Source of the DNA: Fidelibacterota bacterium
GTDB taxonomy: Bacteria; Fidelibacterota; Marinisomatia; Marinisomatales; Marinisomataceae
Direction: 5' to 3'
Assembly (NCBI GenBank): GCA_018672235.1
Contig: JABHGE010000031.1
Span: forward strand, 1 to 52,763
DNA: 52,763 nt
The notes beneath the pieces were generated by a model, which saw nothing but the letters and a program-made list of their open reading frames with translations, did no database searches and was not told the origin of the DNA. Shown here in pieces: positions 49,159-52,763 of the stretch. A program made the position numbers and the translations under genes. Every line of letters starts with the position of its first letter. Position 1 is the first letter of the stretch.

Positions 49159-52100
49159 ATGAAAAAACTAAATTACATCATTGCTTTTACTATGGTTGGA
49201 CTTATTGGGTTTCAGCCAGTTAAACAAAATATTACGAATTATTTAAGTGAACAAAATCGCTTAACGCAAGAAGCATTTATCAATGACTTCCTTTCTAAAA
49301 GACAGACTGTATCTTATAAAGATAGTAAAAAATTACCTAAAGCATTACGTCCAGACTTAAAAGGTGCGCATGATTATCTTATGATGTATGACCCAAACAC
49401 AGGAACTATTCCAACAGAACGTATATTAGATGCTGTAGAATTTGCAGAACAAAAACGTATGAGTCTTTCTTATGAAAAAAGAATGACCGAAGTAAATTGG
49501 GTTGAAAGAGGTCCTAATACTATTGGAGGTAGAACTAGAGCAATCCTTCTTGATCCTAACGATTCTACAAACAAAAAATTATGGGCTGCAGGAGTTACCG
49601 GAGGATTATGGTATACAAATGATATTACATCTGGCAATCCAACATGGAATTCAGTAGATGGCACATGGGGTAATCTAGCAGTTGGTAGCATTAACTCAGA
49701 TCCCAATGATAGTAATACAATGTATGTTGGTACTGGAGAAAGAATGGGAATTTTTTCAACATCTAGTCGTGGATTAGGTATGTGGAAAACAACAGATGGT
49801 GGTTCTACTTGGAGTCACTTAACTGCTACTGAAAATTTTAATTATGTGACTGATATCATTGTTAGAAACGAATCGGGTACAAGTGTTGTTTATGCTGGAG
49901 TTGGTGGACATTATTATGAAGGTAAATGGCATGGATCTGCTAATACTGGTTTATGGAGATCTGCTGATGGCGGTGCTACATGGACACAAGTAATGGATAC
50001 AGCTTCTACGGATGGAGATGCATATGAAATCATGGACTTAGATATGGGAAGTGATAATAGAATTTGGGCAGCATCTCGAACAAATGTTTATGGTAATGGT
50101 GGTGGTGATATTTTTTATTCTGATGATGGTACGAACTGGACAAAAATTAGTTTAGGATTTATCGGTTCAGCAAACAGAACTATTATTGCAGTCGCTCCTT
50201 CTGATCCAAATACTGTGTATGGTATGATTGCCAGCAGTGATACTAGAAAAATTAACTGGATTGTGAAAACAACAGACAGTGGTGCAAATTGGACTACCTA
50301 TACTTATGGAGGTAGCGATCCTTTTCCTGTAGATTCTAATGGAAATGTTTTAGGAGATGCTAATGGACAAGCTGGATACGACTTAAGTTTAGGGGTTGAT
50401 CCAAATGATCCAAATACAGTTTTTGCTGGGGAGTTAGATATTTTTAAAACTACTGACGCTGGAGCAAGCTGGACGCAAGTAACAGGTGGTGGTTCAGGAA
50501 CTGCATCAATGCATGTTGATCAACAAAATCTAAAAACAATTACAAGTAATGAGGTTATCTTTTCTAATGATGGTGGTATCTATTATACAAGTGATGCAGG
50601 AGTAACTGTATCAAATAGAAATACTGGTTATAATGTTAGTCAATTCTATTCTGTTGCATTGCATCCCGATGCAGGTAGTCAGTATGTAATGGGTGGAACT
50701 CAAGATAATGGTACTTGGACAATCCAAGGAACAGGTATTCAAAGCGGTAGTGCTAAAGTTGGTGGAGATGGTGCATATACTCATATCGATCAACTTGATC
50801 CAAATTATCAATTTACTGCAACAACATATAATAGTATTTATAGAAGTACTAATGGAGGATCAAGCTTCTCCTTGTACGCAAATCATGAGGCAGCTGATGG
50901 AAGTGATACAGGCTTCTTTATTAATCCATCTACAATTGACCCTACTAGTCAAACATTTTATTCTGCTGTAGATGCTAGCACAATTTTAAGATTAAATAAT
51001 TATTCTACTTTAGCTGACAAAACATTGATGAGCATATCTCTAGGTTCTACTGCATCAGCCTTTAAGATGTCGCCTCATACCGATGGAGTTCTTTTTGTTG
51101 GAACCTCATCTGGAAGAATTTTCAAAATTACTGATGCGCATACAAGTAGTTATACTGCTACCGATATTAGCGGATCTAATGTTAGTGGATATATTGCATC
51201 AATTGATATTGGAAAAGATGACAACCAAATATTAGTTACTGTATCAAATTATGGAGTGCCTTCAGTTTGGGAAACAATAGGTGGTGGTGGAGCCAATGGA
51301 TGGATCGATGTTGAAGGTGATCTTGCTGATATGCCTATTCGTTGGGGATTATATAATCCAAATAATTATAACCAGGTAATCTTAGCTACTGAACTTGGAA
51401 CATGGGTTTCTGATGATATTTCTGTTTCAAACCCTACATGGAATCCATCAAATGATGGTTTAGCAAATGTCAGAACTGATATGTTAGTAAGAAGATCATC
51501 TGATAATGCATTAGCCGCTGGAACTCATGGGAGAGGATTATTTTATTCTACAGGGTTTACTTCTACAGCACCATTAAGTGCTGCATATACTCCAGATAAA
51601 ACTTCAGGTGTATTTCCACTGACAGTACAATTTACTGACAGATCAACAGGAGCACCTACTTCATGGGCTTGGGATTTTGGAGACGGATCTACAAGTGCCG
51701 AACAATCTCCATCACATATATATACTTCCTCAGGACAGTATAATGTTGGTTTAACTGTATCTGACGGATCAAATTCTGATGTAGTAACAAAAAACAATAT
51801 TATTTGGGCAACAGCTCAACAAGACATTTTATGGGAAGAAGGATTTGAAACTAACCCATATGGTTGGGCTGATGGTAGAAGAGATGTCCATGCATTTCGT
51901 ACTATAAACAGTAATGGTGATGCAGATGCATTCTCTTGGTGGTATTATACTGCAGGATACGGTGCTGCAGATGGTAGTCACTGGATGACTGGCTTAGGTA
52001 ATGCTGGTTCTGGCGCTGCTGATGATTGGTTGATTAGTCCAGAGCTATGGCTAAGACCAGGTACAGACAATATTTTGAGTTTTTATAGTAATATGAATGA

Positions 52101-52763
52101 TGGAAGTATAACAGAAATTTATGATGTATTATTATCTACATCTGGAGGAACTGCAATTACAGACTTTACGGTAACACTTGCTAATATGGAAGACACTGCA
52201 AGCACATGGACTCAACAAACTTACGATTTAAGTCAGTATGCTGGTACAAAAGTACGTGTTGCAATTCATATAACAACATCTAATCAAAATTATTCTTTCT
52301 GGGATAATTTCACATTAACTGCCGGACAATTAAATTCGAGTGGTGCTCCACTTGCTCCGCAAGGAGTATCTGCTGAAGCAGAACTAGTTTATGATGCAGC
52401 AAATGATTCATGGGATCCTAGTGACGATGGTGTAGCTATTTTCTGGAATAGAAATGGCGAATCAGACTTTGCTTCTTATAATGTATATGGTAGTTTAACA
52501 GATAATTTTACAGCGGGTAGTGGCAATCTCTTGGGACAAGGAGCACTTGGAAACATTGATTCTGAACACTTGGAACCTTCCCCTTCAACTAGTCCATGGC
52601 CTGATACAACATTTATATTTAGACAAACTTTTGGAGTCGATTCATTCTTACATGATGGATTAACTCAAGGCGATCAATGGTATTATAAAGTAGGTGCTGT
52701 TGATAATGATGGAAATGAAACTATTTCTAGTCAAGTTAGCTATCTATTAGACAGTGTTGGTCC
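49159..52763 (+). CDS. Large secreted Asp-box (BNR/VPS10-like) beta-propeller + PKD + cleaved-adhesin-like + FN3 protein, truncated by the window end
   Basis: Open frame from ATG 49159 to the end (about 1200 codons), absent from the track because it has no stop. Motifs: WVERGPNTIGGRTRA, Asp boxes KTTDGGSTW, RSADGGATW, KTTDSGANW, KTTDAGASW, GGTQDNG, THGRGLF, PKD WDFGDG, DDWLISP..YDLSQYAG, FN3 W..SYNVY..YYKVGAVD. Confidence 0.88.
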   Translation, partial: MKKLNYIIAFTMVGLIGFQPVKQNITNYLSEQNRLTQEAFINDFLSKRQTVSYKDSKKLPKALRPDLKGAHDYLMMYDPNTGTIPTERILDAVEFAEQKRMSLSYEKRMTEVNWVERGPNTIGGRTRAILLDPNDSTNKKLWAAGVTGGLWYTNDITSGNPTWNSVDGTWGNLAVGSINSDPNDSNTMYVGTGERMGIFSTSSRGLGMWKTTDGGSTWSHLTATENFNYVTDIIVRNESGTSVVYAGVGGHYYEGKWHGSANTGLWRSADGGATWTQVMDTASTDGDAYEIMDLDMGSDNRIWAASRTNVYGNGGGDIFYSDDGTNWTKISLGFIGSANRTIIAVAPSDPNTVYGMIASSDTRKINWIVKTTDSGANWTTYTYGGSDPFPVDSNGNVLGDANGQAGYDLSLGVDPNDPNTVFAGELDIFKTTDAGASWTQVTGGGSGTASMHVDQQNLKTITSNEVIFSNDGGIYYTSDAGVTVSNRNTGYNVSQFYSVALHPDAGSQYVMGGTQDNGTWTIQGTGIQSGSAKVGGDGAYTHIDQLDPNYQFTATTYNSIYRSTNGGSSFSLYANHEAADGSDTGFFINPSTIDPTSQTFYSAVDASTILRLNNYSTLADKTLMSISLGSTASAFKMSPHTDGVLFVGTSSGRIFKITDAHTSSYTATDISGSNVSGYIASIDIGKDDNQILVTVSNYGVPSVWETIGGGGANGWIDVEGDLADMPIRWGLYNPNNYNQVILATELGTWVSDDISVSNPTWNPSNDGLANVRTDMLVRRSSDNALAAGTHGRGLFYSTGFTSTAPLSAAYTPDKTSGVFPLTVQFTDRSTGAPTSWAWDFGDGSTSAEQSPSHIYTSSGQYNVGLTVSDGSNSDVVTKNNIIWATAQQDILWEEGFETNPYGWADGRRDVHAFRTINSNGDADAFSWWYYTAGYGAADGSHWMTGLGNAGSGAADDWLISPELWLRPGTDNILSFYSNMNDGSITEIYDVLLSTSGGTAITDFTVTLANMEDTASTWTQQTYDLSQYAGTKVRVAIHITTSNQNYSFWDNFTLTAGQLNSSGAPLAPQGVSAEAELVYDAANDSWDPSDDGVAIFWNRNGESDFASYNVYGSLTDNFTAGSGNLLGQGALGNIDSEHLEPSPSTSPWPDTTFIFRQTFGVDSFLHDGLTQGDQWYYKVGAVDNDGNETISSQVSYLLDSVG

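Noticed and set aside
48089-51797. ORFs 48089-48400, 48475-48663, 49470-49706, 50611-50811, 50693-50971 and 51543-51797
   Set aside because: Shadows of the PKD-cohesin lipoprotein and of the large 49159-end ORF; the poly-Pro run is the antisense of the Gly linker.
1-52763. CRISPR arrays, IS elements, prophage genes, rRNA, recoded stop codons
   Set aside because: None seen; intergenic spaces are too short and the recognised genes translate intact with the standard bacterial code.

Overview
AT-rich, very gene-dense bacterial chromosome segment with many overlapping start/stop codons. Gene content suggests a streamlined marine FCB-group organism, possibly Ca. Marinimicrobia/SAR406 (inference only). 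About 1-46.5 kb is mostly minus-strand housekeeping operons: nhaD-pduO-nrnA-ispH-pdxS-pdxT-dxs-icmA-like mutase-ccmE-ccmF-ccmA-ccmB; nqrA-F-apbE; HNH-trpS-scpA-scpB-rluB-cmk-rpsA-ybbR-tsaD-serS-plsC-rfaE2-mltD-HU-bS22-nadK-pepC; and mltG-pcrA-fur-yhaM-like-beta-barrel. A cobalamin riboswitch precedes a btuB-like receptor. After tRNA-Asp, plus-strand genes encode a PKD-PKD-cohesin lipoprotein and a >1200-aa secreted Asp-box propeller/PKD/adhesin/FN3 protein that runs off the window. Five coding regions are missing from the ORF track: partial ccmB, a 29-aa membrane peptide in the ccm operon, nqrM, bS22 and the large terminal ORF. The best leads are a YhaM-like HD protein that has lost nearly all metal ligands next to fur, a candidate cohesin surface-scaffold system, an isobutyryl-CoA-mutase-type B12 enzyme, and an apparent leaderless promoter architecture. 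No CRISPR array, integrase or transposase was seen. All family calls come from motif recognition by eye, not database searches.
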